The notes under the pieces are model-generated. The model was given only the letters and a program-made list of their open reading frames with translations, was not told the origin of the DNA and did no database searches. Shown here in pieces: positions 44,096 through 53,046 of a DNA stretch of 62,507 nt. Position 1 is the first letter of the stretch. Each line of letters begins with the position of its first letter. Location of the stretch: positions 1-62,507 of the IMG/VR virus record IMGVR_UViG_3300036800_000162. One strand, 5' to 3'. The DNA comes from a virus. Its lineage: Duplodnaviria; Caudoviricetes. Position numbers and translations under genes: made by a program.

Positions 44096-44491
44096 ATGCC
44101 ACGCCGCACTGCCAGCCAAGACACGCTGCGCGCTGTCGGACAGCGGTTGATGTGGCTACGTGAGGCGTTCGGGCATACTCAGGTTGAATGGGCGGACTCC
44201 TTGGGCGTGACAAACCAGGTTATCAACCGGTGGGAAGCCGGCCAACGCTTGCCACACCTCGACATCGTCGCGACGATCATCCGCGAGACTCGCGCGTCCG
44301 CCGATTATGTGTTTCTCGGCCTGCTGACGGTTGAGATGGACCCTGAATTGCGGCAGTATCTGCTGCGCCATCACCGCGCTGACCTGAAGGTCGCGCGGAC
44401 GCTCGCAGAGCATGGTCGCGAAACTTCCGAAAGCCGGCCAGCACACGCTCGCCGTACGAAACAAATACCGCGTGCCGCGGTATCTCTATAG
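44096..44491 (+). CDS. XRE-family repressor (cI-like)
   Basis: GQRLMWLRE..TQVEWADSLGV..INRWEAG..SADYVFLG. Confidence 0.85.
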   Translation: MPRRTASQDTLRAVGQRLMWLREAFGHTQVEWADSLGVTNQVINRWEAGQRLPHLDIVATIIRETRASADYVFLGLLTVEMDPELRQYLLRHHRADLKVARTLAEHGRETSESRPAHARRTKQIPRAAVSL

Positions 44492-44643
44492 CCGGCGACC
44501 TTCCCATCAGCGTCCCTTTGTTACCAGCCGGTGATATCACCCGGTTGTAATGCCGCGCCCTCTACCCGCTGGCAACTGTGAACCGCGCGTTAATCCAGCG
44601 TCCGGGCGGACGGGCCAAAATACCCCTTGCGCGCCGCTCTAGG

Positions 44644-44660
44644 AATTGCCATTAAGGCAA
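44644..44660. promoter_or_regulatory. Second operator copy
   Basis: Identical 17-mer AATTGCCATTAAGGCAA upstream of the rightward operon. Confidence 0.7.
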
Positions 44661-44717
44661 CTCCGCTGCGGCCTGCCTCACTGTGCCGCCGCGAGCCATA
44701 GCGAGGGGAAGCGCGGC

Positions 44718-45266
44718 ATGGCCGACACGCATGATATCGCAACAACGCCGCCAAGCGCGTGGCAGATCGAGCGCACGCTGGCCGCATGGCACCAAGCCAA
44801 GGATGCGCTCGCCGCTGACGTGACGCTGGCGGCCGATGAGAACGCCATCGCCGAGGCGCTAGGCGCGGACCCCGCCACCCTGACGGCGGATGACCTGCTG
44901 GAACGCCTGGTCAATGCAACGGTGTGGGCCGAGATGCGCACCGCCGAGGCGAAGGGGCTGGCGGCGGTAATGGCCGAGCGCAAGCAGCGCTACGAACGCC
45001 GTGCCGAGGTGATGCGCGACACGCTGCTGCAACTCATGCAGACGCTGCAACGCAAGCACTTCGACGCACGGCTGGCGCGCGCGTCGCTGGCGCGCGCCGC
45101 CGCCAGCGTCGTGGTGCTGGACGCAGCGCAGGTGCCGGCGGAATACGCCGAGACAGAGCGGAAGCTGAAACGACGCGAGATCCTGGCCGATCTGAAGCAT
45201 GGCGTGGTGATCGACGGCGTGACGCTCGCCGAGGGCGGCGTGACCCTGCAACTCCGCGCGCGGTGA
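44718..45266 (+). CDS. Siphovirus Gp157-family protein
   Basis: Coiled coil, then VVVLD..VPAEY..ILADLK.G.VIDG.TL. Confidence 0.75.
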   Translation: MADTHDIATTPPSAWQIERTLAAWHQAKDALAADVTLAADENAIAEALGADPATLTADDLLERLVNATVWAEMRTAEAKGLAAVMAERKQRYERRAEVMRDTLLQLMQTLQRKHFDARLARASLARAAASVVVLDAAQVPAEYAETERKLKRREILADLKHGVVIDGVTLAEGGVTLQLRAR

Positions 45267-45270
45267 TCTC

Positions 45271-45465
45271 ATGGACGCATTCGGTGGCGCCGCAGTCGGC
45301 ATTATTCTCGGCGCGGCGGCTGCGGCACCCTATGCTTTCCGGCGTGAGTTATTTTCCGTCTCTAGCGCGTTGGTGACTATCACCAATTACCAACTGTCGA
45401 TGTGTCTTCTGTATGAGTTCTTTATAGGCGTCGCATCTGCGCTGCTTATACTCAATCTAGACTGA
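45271..45465 (+). CDS. Small low-GC hydrophobic protein
   Basis: 64 aa; AT-richer than its flanks. Confidence 0.35.
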   Translation: MDAFGGAAVGIILGAAAAAPYAFRRELFSVSSALVTITNYQLSMCLLYEFFIGVASALLILNLD

Positions 45466-45466
45466 T

Positions 45467-46318
45467 ATGACTGCCTACTACAATGAGAATGACCCGTATA
45501 ATGTCCAGTGGCTCCGGAACCTCATCGCCGCAGGGATCATCGCGCCAGGCGAGGTTGACGCGCGCAGTATCGCCACCGTTCACTCCGATGACCTGCGTGG
45601 CTACGAGCAGTGTCACTTCTTCGCTGGTATCGGTGGCTGGTCCTTCGCGCTGCGCCGTGCCGGATGGTCCGACGCTCGACCTGTTTGGACAGGCAGTTGC
45701 CCATGTCAGCCGTTCTCGGTCGCGGGCCGGCATGGCGGCTTTGAAGATCCGCGCCACTTGTGGCCCGTTTGGCGAGGACTCATCGCCCAGCGGCGCCCTG
45801 CAACGATTTTTGGAGAGCAGGTTGCAAGCGCGGCTCGGTGGATCACCCTTGTGCATGGTGACCTGGAAGCGCTGGGTTACGCCGTGGGGTGCCTTCCAAT
45901 CGAGGCCGCATGCGCGGGTGCCGATCATCTCAGGGATCGCTATTGGTTTGTGGCCAACGCCAACGGCGAGCGACCACAAGTCGCGGTCGGCGAGTCCGGC
46001 GACGCTGGCGCGCAATGCGCGTCCACTGCGGGAGTTGGTGTACGCGTTCTGGCCGACCCTCCGGGCATCGGATGGGGAGAAGGGTGGACCGAACCAGAGC
46101 TTCGGCGGTGGGGGCCAGCCGCTGCCGTCTGGAGTATCGACGGCTGCCAGATCATCGAATGCCCCGATGGAAAATGGCGCCGGCTCCCTCCACCCCGAGT
46201 TCGCTGGCTGGGAACTCGGCTACCCGCCCGCATACCTCGCGTGCGCGCCTTCGGCAACGCCATCGACCCGCGCCCGGCGGCGCAGTTCATAGCGGCATAC
46301 ATGGAGTACCAACCCTGA
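45467..46318 (+). CDS. DNA cytosine-5 methyltransferase, large subunit
   Basis: FFAGIGG (I), GSCPCQPFS (IV), GEQV (VI), HLRDRYWFVA (VIII), FGNAI (X). Confidence 0.88.
   Translation: MTAYYNENDPYNVQWLRNLIAAGIIAPGEVDARSIATVHSDDLRGYEQCHFFAGIGGWSFALRRAGWSDARPVWTGSCPCQPFSVAGRHGGFEDPRHLWPVWRGLIAQRRPATIFGEQVASAARWITLVHGDLEALGYAVGCLPIEAACAGADHLRDRYWFVANANGERPQVAVGESGDAGAQCASTAGVGVRVLADPPGIGWGEGWTEPELRRWGPAAAVWSIDGCQIIECPDGKWRRLPPPRVRWLGTRLPARIPRVRAFGNAIDPRPAAQFIAAYMEYQP
45483..46292 (+). CDS. Overlapping alternative-frame methyltransferase subunit (start uncertain)
   Basis: WPTPTASD/WPTLRASD repeats and motif IX-like LHPEFAGWELGYP. Confidence 0.65.
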   Translation: MRMTRIMSSGSGTSSPQGSSRQARLTRAVSPPFTPMTCVATSSVTSSLVSVAGPSRCAVPDGPTLDLFGQAVAHVSRSRSRAGMAALKIRATCGPFGEDSSPSGALQRFLESRLQARLGGSPLCMVTWKRWVTPWGAFQSRPHARVPIISGIAIGLWPTPTASDHKSRSASPATLARNARPLRELVYAFWPTLRASDGEKGGPNQSFGGGGQPLPSGVSTAARSSNAPMENGAGSLHPEFAGWELGYPPAYLACAPSATPSTRARRRSS

Positions 46319-47559
46319 TGGCCTACGCCCCCATGACTGTCGCCCCGCGACACACCAAGCCCCACCAGTTCAGCGGCAGCGAAGTCGCTTGGCGCACGCT
46401 ATGCGATCTCTACCCGTCTGCGGAAAGCGTGGAGGTGGTGCTGGCGGTGCTCGACTACTGCGCCATGCGCAAGTTGGACCCGTACAAAAAGCCTGTCCAC
46501 ATCGTGCCGATGTACAACAGCCGCGTGCGCCGCAAGGTGCAGGTGGTCATGCCCGGCATCAATGAGATCGAGACCACCGCGCACCGCACCGGCAAGTGGG
46601 CCGGCATGGACCCGCCGGAATGGGGCAAGCTGGTCGAGCGCACGTTCCGCGGTCAGGTGGAGGATGAGCAGACCGGCGAGCGCCGGGCCGGCAGCGTGAC
46701 CCTGCAATTCCCGCTGTCGTGCCGCGTCACCGTCTACAAGATGGTGGACGGTGCGCGACACGCATTCACAGAGGAATTGTTCTGGGAGGAAAGCTACGGG
46801 CGCGCTGGGTTCCGCAGCGAAGTGCCGAACGCGCGCTGGCAGCAGGCGCCGCGGCAGATGTTACACAAGTGCACCAAAGCCAGTGTGCTGCGTGCCACCT
46901 TCCCGGAGGAAGGGTTCGGCTACGCCGCGGAGGAGATGGAGGACCGGGAGGTCGAGGCCGGCATGACCATCGATGGCGTCGCGGGGCGCGAGGCGGCCAA
47001 CCCGCCCGCCGAGAGACCTGCGGAGCGGATTGAAAACGCGGCCGATCCCGCCGCGCCACCCGCGCGCAAGACCTGGGCCGTGCTGGTGGACGAGATCGAG
47101 GCTGCGTTCGCGGGCGCGGACAGCCGCGCGGCGATCGACCGCGTACTCGCCAGCGATGCGGTGCAGAAAGTGCTGGATCAGGCCAGCGCCAACGTGCGCG
47201 AGCGTCTGGACCGCGTGGTCTCGGCTGCGCTGCGACGCTTTCCCGAGAGCGTTGATGCACCCACCGACGCGCCGGAGGCGGACGCACCGCCCTCTGAGCC
47301 GGCATCAGAGCCGGCCGCAACGGAGGACTACCGCATTGCCACGCCGACGATGTCATACACCTTCGCGGAGCCGATCAGTTGGCTGGGCAAATGGGATGAA
47401 CTGATCGCGGCGCATCGCGAGCAACCAAACGACCTGCGCGCGCTGCACACGATGAACGCCGCGCACTTACGCCAGGTGGCGGATGCCGATCTCGCGTCCG
47501 AGATGGAGGTGCAGCAGAAGATCGCGCGCGCGCTGCGAACCGCCGATGGGAGGCGCTGA
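46318..47559 (+). CDS. bet: RecT/Bet-like single-strand annealing recombinase
   Basis: LDPYKKPVHIVPM, W..APRQMLHKCTKASVLRATFPE..YAAEEM; TGATG coupling. Confidence 0.85.
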   Translation: MAYAPMTVAPRHTKPHQFSGSEVAWRTLCDLYPSAESVEVVLAVLDYCAMRKLDPYKKPVHIVPMYNSRVRRKVQVVMPGINEIETTAHRTGKWAGMDPPEWGKLVERTFRGQVEDEQTGERRAGSVTLQFPLSCRVTVYKMVDGARHAFTEELFWEESYGRAGFRSEVPNARWQQAPRQMLHKCTKASVLRATFPEEGFGYAAEEMEDREVEAGMTIDGVAGREAANPPAERPAERIENAADPAAPPARKTWAVLVDEIEAAFAGADSRAAIDRVLASDAVQKVLDQASANVRERLDRVVSAALRRFPESVDAPTDAPEADAPPSEPASEPAATEDYRIATPTMSYTFAEPISWLGKWDELIAAHREQPNDLRALHTMNAAHLRQVADADLASEMEVQQKIARALRTADGRR

Positions 47560-47563
47560 TGCC

Positions 47564-47950
47564 ATGGCAATTATCCAACTCGATGCCACGTTGGTAACAT
47601 GCCAGGCCGAGATCACCGCCAAGGTTGGTGATCTATTGCTGGTTTATGGCGACCATTGCCTCGGCGTCTATCACGGCGTTACCAAGTGGCCGGCGGATGT
47701 ATCCAAGGCGCCGATCAACGGATGGGCGAAACCGTTCACCGATTTCACCGACCACGACGTGTTGGCGGCGCTCAAGAGCGGTCCAAAGAACTCTATGCAG
47801 ATCGGCGATCACATGCGCCTGCCCCGCAACGACACCAGATCGCGCGCCCACGTCAGCCACTATGTGCGGCAACCGGCTGGGCGCGGCGTCATCCGTCCGC
47901 GACCCGGCACCGTGCGCAATCATGTGTATGAACTGGCACCCGCGCCATGA
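47564..47950 (+). CDS. Hypothetical protein (possible wHTH)
   Basis: Operon context. Confidence 0.5.
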   Translation: MAIIQLDATLVTCQAEITAKVGDLLLVYGDHCLGVYHGVTKWPADVSKAPINGWAKPFTDFTDHDVLAALKSGPKNSMQIGDHMRLPRNDTRSRAHVSHYVRQPAGRGVIRPRPGTVRNHVYELAPAP

Positions 47951-48201
47951 ACGACAGCGACAAGATGACGCCGCAGGACTATGCGGCCGGCGTTTTCGAG
48001 GCCAGCTTTGAGGTCGCTGAACTCGCTTGCCGCATCGCCGAAGCGATCACGCAATCGCGTCGCCCAGATGGCATGACCGGTGCCGAAGCGTTGGCTGGTC
48101 TGAGCGACGAAACCCGCACCGACATGCTGCGCGCGGCGGATCGCGCCATGGAATACTTTAGGGAACGCGTCACTGCCTCGGTGCGCCATGCCAGACACTG
48201 A
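47947..48201 (+). CDS. Hypothetical protein
   Basis: ATGA coupling. Confidence 0.55.
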   Translation: MNDSDKMTPQDYAAGVFEASFEVAELACRIAEAITQSRRPDGMTGAEALAGLSDETRTDMLRAADRAMEYFRERVTASVRHARH

Positions 48202-48382
48202 ACGACGGTCTCCGGTTGCCCAACCATCGGTCACATGGGCGCAGGACTGCATGCGCTGGCACGGTCGTGTGCTGACCGGCAAGTTCGCGCACTGGTGTTT
48301 CGATAGTGACTGCTTGCCGGTCGATGACACGGTCGCGGAGTTTGCGGCCTGCACCTGCTATAAGGTCGGGGAGCGCGGATGA
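48188..48382 (+). CDS. Cys/His-rich hypothetical protein
   Basis: HWCFDSDCLPVD..CTC. Confidence 0.5.
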   Translation: MPDTERRSPVAQPSVTWAQDCMRWHGRVLTGKFAHWCFDSDCLPVDDTVAEFAACTCYKVGERG

Positions 48383-48582
48383 GCGGGTTAGTGCCGGTCA
48401 GCCTCGACGCGCAAATTGACGAAGTGCAGCGCGAATGCGAACGGCGGCGTGACGTCTATGGCCGTCTCGCGCGGCACGGCCAGATGAACCAACGCTCGGC
48501 GTGGCGGCGGATCGACGTGATGGCTGCGGTGCTGGACACGTTGCGCAACCTTCGGGCGTTGCAGGAGATCGACCGTGCCTGA
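48379..48582 (+). CDS. Hypothetical protein
   Basis: QIDEVQRE..RR.VY..M.AVL.TL. Confidence 0.6.
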   Translation: MSGLVPVSLDAQIDEVQRECERRRDVYGRLARHGQMNQRSAWRRIDVMAAVLDTLRNLRALQEIDRA

Positions 48583-48877
48583 TGATGCGACTGACCTTCT
48601 GACGCCAACCAAGATCCTGGAATACGCGCAGTCGATAGTGGCGTGGCTCACCATGCACGCGTGCTCGCCACCCGATGGCAGTGCGGTATTAAGCGTGGCG
48701 CTGGGCATCTGGATCGAGGGCATGACGGCCGTGGTCGCGAGGGATAATCAAGCGGAATGCCGCGCCGACTGTGTTGCGAACGCGGCAGCGTGTATCGTGC
48801 GGATCGCCGAAATCACGCATGCCGCACGTGCCGCCCGCGAAGCTGCAACAGGAGACGATCGTGATACGCGACATTGA
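48575..48877 (+). CDS. Hypothetical protein
   Basis: AGGAG RBS. Confidence 0.45.
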   Translation: MPDDATDLLTPTKILEYAQSIVAWLTMHACSPPDGSAVLSVALGIWIEGMTAVVARDNQAECRADCVANAAACIVRIAEITHAARAAREAATGDDRDTRH

Positions 48878-49115
48878 GTCCCGCGTGATCCGCAACATGC
48901 TGCGCCAGATGGCAGCGCTGCCGAGCGATGACGCGCGCGAGCGCGTGGCGCAATACATCTGGGCACGCCGCTTTCTGCCATGGTCTCCCACCTTAACGGA
49001 AGCGGAGAAGCGCCATCAGGTGCCAGACCACGACAGCACCGGCGATCTGCTGGCCGGGGTGGACCAGACACAGCCGACGCCTGACGCGCGGGAGCCGATC
49101 GTTGCCGCTCATTAA
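48861..49115 (+). CDS. Hypothetical protein
   Basis: AGGAG RBS. Confidence 0.45.
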   Translation: MIRDIESRVIRNMLRQMAALPSDDARERVAQYIWARRFLPWSPTLTEAEKRHQVPDHDSTGDLLAGVDQTQPTPDAREPIVAAH

Positions 49116-49128
49116 GATCGATGCCGGT

Positions 49129-49374
49129 ATGACAGATATGCTGCTGCACGCGCGTGAGGTGCAGCGCATCACCGGCATCGCGCCGCGCACGCTGCGCCAG
49201 AAGGTGCGCGACAAGCAGTTCCCACCGCCGCGGCGGTTGGGCGTCAACGCCATCGCCTGGTCGGCCGTGGCGATCAACCGGTGGTACGACGCCCTGCCGG
49301 AGAAGCAGCCTGGCGACAGCAAACGGCGGCGGCGGTGGCAAAAAGCGCCAGAGATGGAGGCAACCCATGTCTGA
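49129..49374 (+). CDS. alpA: AlpA-family excisionase/regulator
   Basis: EVQRITGIAPRTL..FPPPRRLG.NAIAW..AINRW. Confidence 0.85.
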   Translation: MTDMLLHAREVQRITGIAPRTLRQKVRDKQFPPPRRLGVNAIAWSAVAINRWYDALPEKQPGDSKRRRRWQKAPEMEATHV

Positions 49375-50023
49375 ATTACTAACATTGCGCGAGTCGGTCG
49401 CGATGCCAGCGCGGATTGCCGCGCTGCCGCGCGACCATAGAGGGTTCCCCGTGCCTTATTTTGTGCAATGGCAGAACGGTGAGCCGGTCTTCCCGGCGTT
49501 CGATCCGGTGCGCTTCAAGCGCTGCGTGGAGCGGCAGTTCTGTTGGGTCTGCGGTCAACCGCTCGGCCGCATGATGGCGTTCACAATCGGCCCCATGTGC
49601 GTGATCAACCGCGTCACGGCCGAGCCGCCAGCGCATGCCGAGTGCGCGCATTACAGCGTGCAGGTCTGTCCGTTTCTGACCACGCCGAAGATGGGGCGGG
49701 TGCCGGCGCACAAGGTGCATGACGACGGTGTGCAGGCTCCTGGTGGCATCATGGTGCCGGGCAACCCCGGCGGGGCGGTGGTGTGGATCTGCCGCACCTA
49801 TCGTGTGGAGCAGACCGCGACCGGCCCGATCATTCGTATCGGCGATCCGATCGGCGGCGTCGAATGGTGGATCAGGGGCCAGCGGGCCGCGCCGGACGCG
49901 GCGGCGGCGCTGTTCGATAGCGCCGCCCGGCGACTGCGGCTCCTCGCGCTCGAACACGACGGCCTTGAGGCGCTCCCTGCGGTGGAGCGGCAAATCCGGC
50001 TTGCGGAGGGCTTGCTGCCGTGA
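49367..50023 (+). CDS. Cys/His-rich conserved phage protein
   Basis: RGFPVPYF, CWVCGQPL, EPPAHAECA..CPFL. Confidence 0.7.
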   Translation: MSELLTLRESVAMPARIAALPRDHRGFPVPYFVQWQNGEPVFPAFDPVRFKRCVERQFCWVCGQPLGRMMAFTIGPMCVINRVTAEPPAHAECAHYSVQVCPFLTTPKMGRVPAHKVHDDGVQAPGGIMVPGNPGGAVVWICRTYRVEQTATGPIIRIGDPIGGVEWWIRGQRAAPDAAAALFDSAARRLRLLALEHDGLEALPAVERQIRLAEGLLP

Positions 50024-50628
50024 CGCATGACGATTCTGAGGCGGAGCAGATCAGGCGGTGCCGCGAGGCGGAGCAGATCCGGCAGTGGTGGGAGGTGGAA
50101 GGGCTTTCGGCCCCCGAGATTGCACAGCGGCTGCGATGCACAAAGGAGTCGGTAACCGGGCGGGTGCGGCGCATGAAGTTGCAGCCTCACGGCCCGTCGG
50201 TATTCGTGCAGCGGCACAAGGTTGTGGACTGGGAACAGGTTGCCGCCATGCGCGTTAAAGGCGCGGATTGGCACCAGGTCGCAGCCGTGTTCGGCCTCAA
50301 TACATCAACACTGCGCCACCGCCGTGACATCTATGAAGCAGAGGGCGGTCTATTGTTGTCGCCGGCCGCGCGGCTCAATTCCCATCCGGCGCCGCAAATC
50401 GTCCACGAGCCGGCGCCGCGCACTCCCGTGCCATGCGCGGCGCGGCGCGGCGCACGGCCATTGGCGGATATGTGCCAATGGCCGCTATCAGAGGGCCGGC
50501 CCTGGCGGTTCTGCGATGACCCCGAGGTGGCGGCCGGCACCCCGTTCTGCGCCGCCCACGCGGCACTCGCCTACCAACCCACCAGGCCGCTCACAGTGGG
50601 GGCGTTGGGCGGCGCGGCGCGAGTCTGA
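50020..50628 (+). CDS. GcrA-like regulator
   Basis: GLSAPEIA..SVTGRVRR HTH; C-terminal CQWP..RFC..PFCAAH..AYQP. Confidence 0.75.
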   Translation: MTHDDSEAEQIRRCREAEQIRQWWEVEGLSAPEIAQRLRCTKESVTGRVRRMKLQPHGPSVFVQRHKVVDWEQVAAMRVKGADWHQVAAVFGLNTSTLRHRRDIYEAEGGLLLSPAARLNSHPAPQIVHEPAPRTPVPCAARRGARPLADMCQWPLSEGRPWRFCDDPEVAAGTPFCAAHAALAYQPTRPLTVGALGGAARV

Positions 50629-50668
50629 TGCGCTTGCCCTCACGGCAACTATGCCGTAGCCTGCCGCA

Positions 50669-50944
50669 ATGCTTAGCCGTCGCATCACCGCAGCGGAAGC
50701 CCTTAGAGTCCAGCAAGACGCCATAGCCAATGGTGATCTGCTGATCTGGACGGTCTGCGACCACCCGACCGATGCGCCGGAATGGGTCACGGCGCGACCA
50801 TATTCAGTAAGGAATTGCGGAGCGTTGGACTGCGTCCTGGCCGCGGCAACACGCGATGAGGTGCGCACCATGCTGCCTATCGGCCTTTCGCGACTGGAGC
50901 GTGACCCGGCGGACGACCCGGTAATTGTTGAGGTGTGGCTGTGA
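50669..50944 (+). CDS. Hypothetical protein
   Basis: WTV.DHP.D.P..R.P.DDPVIVEVWL. Confidence 0.65.
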   Translation: MLSRRITAAEALRVQQDAIANGDLLIWTVCDHPTDAPEWVTARPYSVRNCGALDCVLAAATRDEVRTMLPIGLSRLERDPADDPVIVEVWL

Positions 50945-51675
50945 GATTGACATCGGACACAAAGCTACAATTCGAGGATAACGATCTCGAACGGATCGGC
51001 GATATGCTCGCCCGGTCGCTGGCGCGTGCCTTGGTCAGCGCAGTCAGGACGCTGGCGCGCGATCCGATCCTGGGAGCGTTTCTCGGCCGGGCCGCCGCTG
51101 ACCAGCCAGCTACGCCAGCCCGCGAGGCAGCGCAGGAGCCTCTGCCGGATGCAGCTAGGCCACCAGCCATCCCAGAGCCGGCCGTCACAGCGCCGCCGGA
51201 GCCGGTCTCACAGCGCTATGCGGAGCAACCGTACTCGCTGGGTGCCAGGGCGGCGATCAGACCGCTCGACCTCGCCGCGCGCCAGCCGGAAGCCGTGCCA
51301 GCGCACCCCGCCCCACGGCCTCGCCCTGCGGAAACGCCCGCCACAAAAGCGCCCCGCCGGTCGTTGCGGCAGGTCTGCAAGACGGTGGCAAAACGGCCTG
51401 GCGGATATATCACCACGGATGACGCGGTGGAGATCCTGGCTGGCGTGCGGCCGGATAGCGCCGGGCAGATGATATTCCAGTGGATCTGGGCGGGTGAGAT
51501 TGCGGCGGTGATCGTCGCCGAGTTTCGCGGTAAGCCGACAAAAGGCCTGCCGGGACGGCTGATGGTGGATCGGAAATCCGTGATCGCACGGAACACGCAA
51601 CGCCTCGCCAATCGCGCAGTCGCACCGCGGCTACGGCAGACGGCGACAAAAGTTGATCAGCATGTGGCGGCATAG
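50935..51675 (+). CDS. Hypothetical protein with C-terminal HTH-like region
   Basis: Pro-rich linker; YITTDDAVEIL..IFQWI. Confidence 0.5.
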   Translation: MAVRLTSDTKLQFEDNDLERIGDMLARSLARALVSAVRTLARDPILGAFLGRAAADQPATPAREAAQEPLPDAARPPAIPEPAVTAPPEPVSQRYAEQPYSLGARAAIRPLDLAARQPEAVPAHPAPRPRPAETPATKAPRRSLRQVCKTVAKRPGGYITTDDAVEILAGVRPDSAGQMIFQWIWAGEIAAVIVAEFRGKPTKGLPGRLMVDRKSVIARNTQRLANRAVAPRLRQTATKVDQHVAA

Positions 51676-51758
51676 CGGAACTGGTAGACGCTGCGGGACT
51701 GTGAATCCCGTGGGTGCCCCAAAGGCGCTTGGGGGTTCGAGTCCCCCTGCCGCTGCCA
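51666..51758 (+). tRNA. Long-variable-arm tRNA with GUG (His) anticodon and Leu/Ser-like body
   Basis: GGCGGCA TA GCG-GAACTGGTAGA-CGC T GCGGGA-CTGTGAA-TCCCGT GGGTGCC-CCAAA-GGCGCTT GGGGG-TTCGAGT-CCCCC TGCCGCT G CCA. Confidence 0.8.
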
Positions 51759-51796
51759 CATTGAAGTGTCGCCAAGTGTGCTGACAGGGGAGGCCG

Positions 51797-52081
51797 ATGG
51801 GTGCTGCCCATAGCGACTGGATGCCGATAACGACCGTCATCGTCGGCGCCGCCACCGTCGCGGCCAACGGCGTGCTTGCGCACCTAAATTTGCGAAGGTC
51901 CCGCAAACTTCTCGCTGAGTACGAGCAGGTCGCCGTATTGCGGCAGCTATTGACGAAACTCGCGGTAGATAGCTTGCGGCGCCAGAACCAACCGATTTGG
52001 TCGTATTGGGCTGGCGCGCTCGGCACGCTGCGCGTGGAGGTGACAACGGGACCCAAGGCGTTGGAGGACGACGATGAGTGA
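51797..52081 (+). CDS. Hypothetical membrane-anchored protein
   Basis: GGAGG RBS; N-terminal hydrophobic stretch. Confidence 0.5.
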   Translation: MGAAHSDWMPITTVIVGAATVAANGVLAHLNLRRSRKLLAEYEQVAVLRQLLTKLAVDSLRRQNQPIWSYWAGALGTLRVEVTTGPKALEDDDE

Positions 52082-52376
52082 TGTTCACCGAGCGTCATTC
52101 CAACCTTTCGTATGGCATGATGGTGGCATCACAGAGACTGCCGGCACGATGCGGATCAGTATCCGCGAACTTAGGAATGTCGCATTATACCGGCGCCGCC
52201 GCTGCGGCGGGCGCAGGCGAGGTCTGGTGGCATCACGCTACGCACGCGAGACGGCACGGATTAAGCTCGTATGCCGCATCGAGGCCGCACGCAGGTGGCT
52301 GCCGGGCAATCCCCTGCTGGTGTATTGGATGGCGCGCGAGGATGCGTTCATGGCCGCTCGACAGGCGAGGCGTTGA
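52074..52376 (+). CDS. Hypothetical protein
   Basis: GGAGG RBS; coupling. Confidence 0.4.
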   Translation: MSDVHRASFQPFVWHDGGITETAGTMRISIRELRNVALYRRRRCGGRRRGLVASRYARETARIKLVCRIEAARRWLPGNPLLVYWMAREDAFMAARQARR

Positions 52377-52561
52377 TGCCTGACGAATGGCGGGAAGGTT
52401 ATGCGCGGGGGTTGCGGGCTGGCGCGTTGGCAGCCGAGCTAACGGCGCGCGGTTACGCTGATAACCACGGGAGCAAGGATGCCGTTGCCGCACTGACCAT
52501 GCTGGCAAGGATGTTGCGAGAATGGTCCGATGATGTACAGAACGGTCTGCCCGATGATTGA
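52376..52561 (+). CDS. Hypothetical protein
   Basis: TGATG coupling. Confidence 0.45.
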   Translation: MPDEWREGYARGLRAGALAAELTARGYADNHGSKDAVAALTMLARMLREWSDDVQNGLPDD

Positions 52562-52823
52562 CCATCTGCCGGACGAAGCGCTGCGCGCGCTCAACCGTGG
52601 GGCTTGCCCCGACTGCAAGAGCGACGGCCCACTATTGGATGGGCCGCGCGGCGGGGTTGCGCAGGACATCGCCTGTGCGGTCTGCGGTGCGGAGTTCAAC
52701 ATAGTCGAACACGGAAGCGTGCTGATTTCGGCGCGCCGCAACGGTGAACGCGGCAAGCCAAACCACACGAGGTTGCGTGAAGTTTATGGTATCGTGCTGC
52801 CGGGGGACGCGAATCATGGGTGA
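52554..52823 (+). CDS. Zn-ribbon protein
   Basis: CPDC..GPRGG..CAVCGAEFN. Confidence 0.6.
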   Translation: MIDHLPDEALRALNRGACPDCKSDGPLLDGPRGGVAQDIACAVCGAEFNIVEHGSVLISARRNGERGKPNHTRLREVYGIVLPGDANHG

Positions 52824-53046
52824 CAGTCTATCACTCCGGATTATCGAGATCATCCGCGCCACCCAGCCTGCGGTGCTGCCGGCCAGCGTCGTGCTGGACG
52901 CCGCAGAACAGAAGGTTACGCTCTATCCGTCGCGGGTTCCCAGCCCTGCGACGATGGCGTTGATTGGCAACATTGTGCCGGGGTTCGCCGTAGCGATCGC
53001 GACGGACCCGCTGCTGGTGCCCGCCGACCCGCCGCTGCCGTTCTGA
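52816..53046 (+). CDS. Hypothetical protein
   Basis: Overlapping start and stop. Confidence 0.45.
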   Translation: MGDSLSLRIIEIIRATQPAVLPASVVLDAAEQKVTLYPSRVPSPATMALIGNIVPGFAVAIATDPLLVPADPPLPF

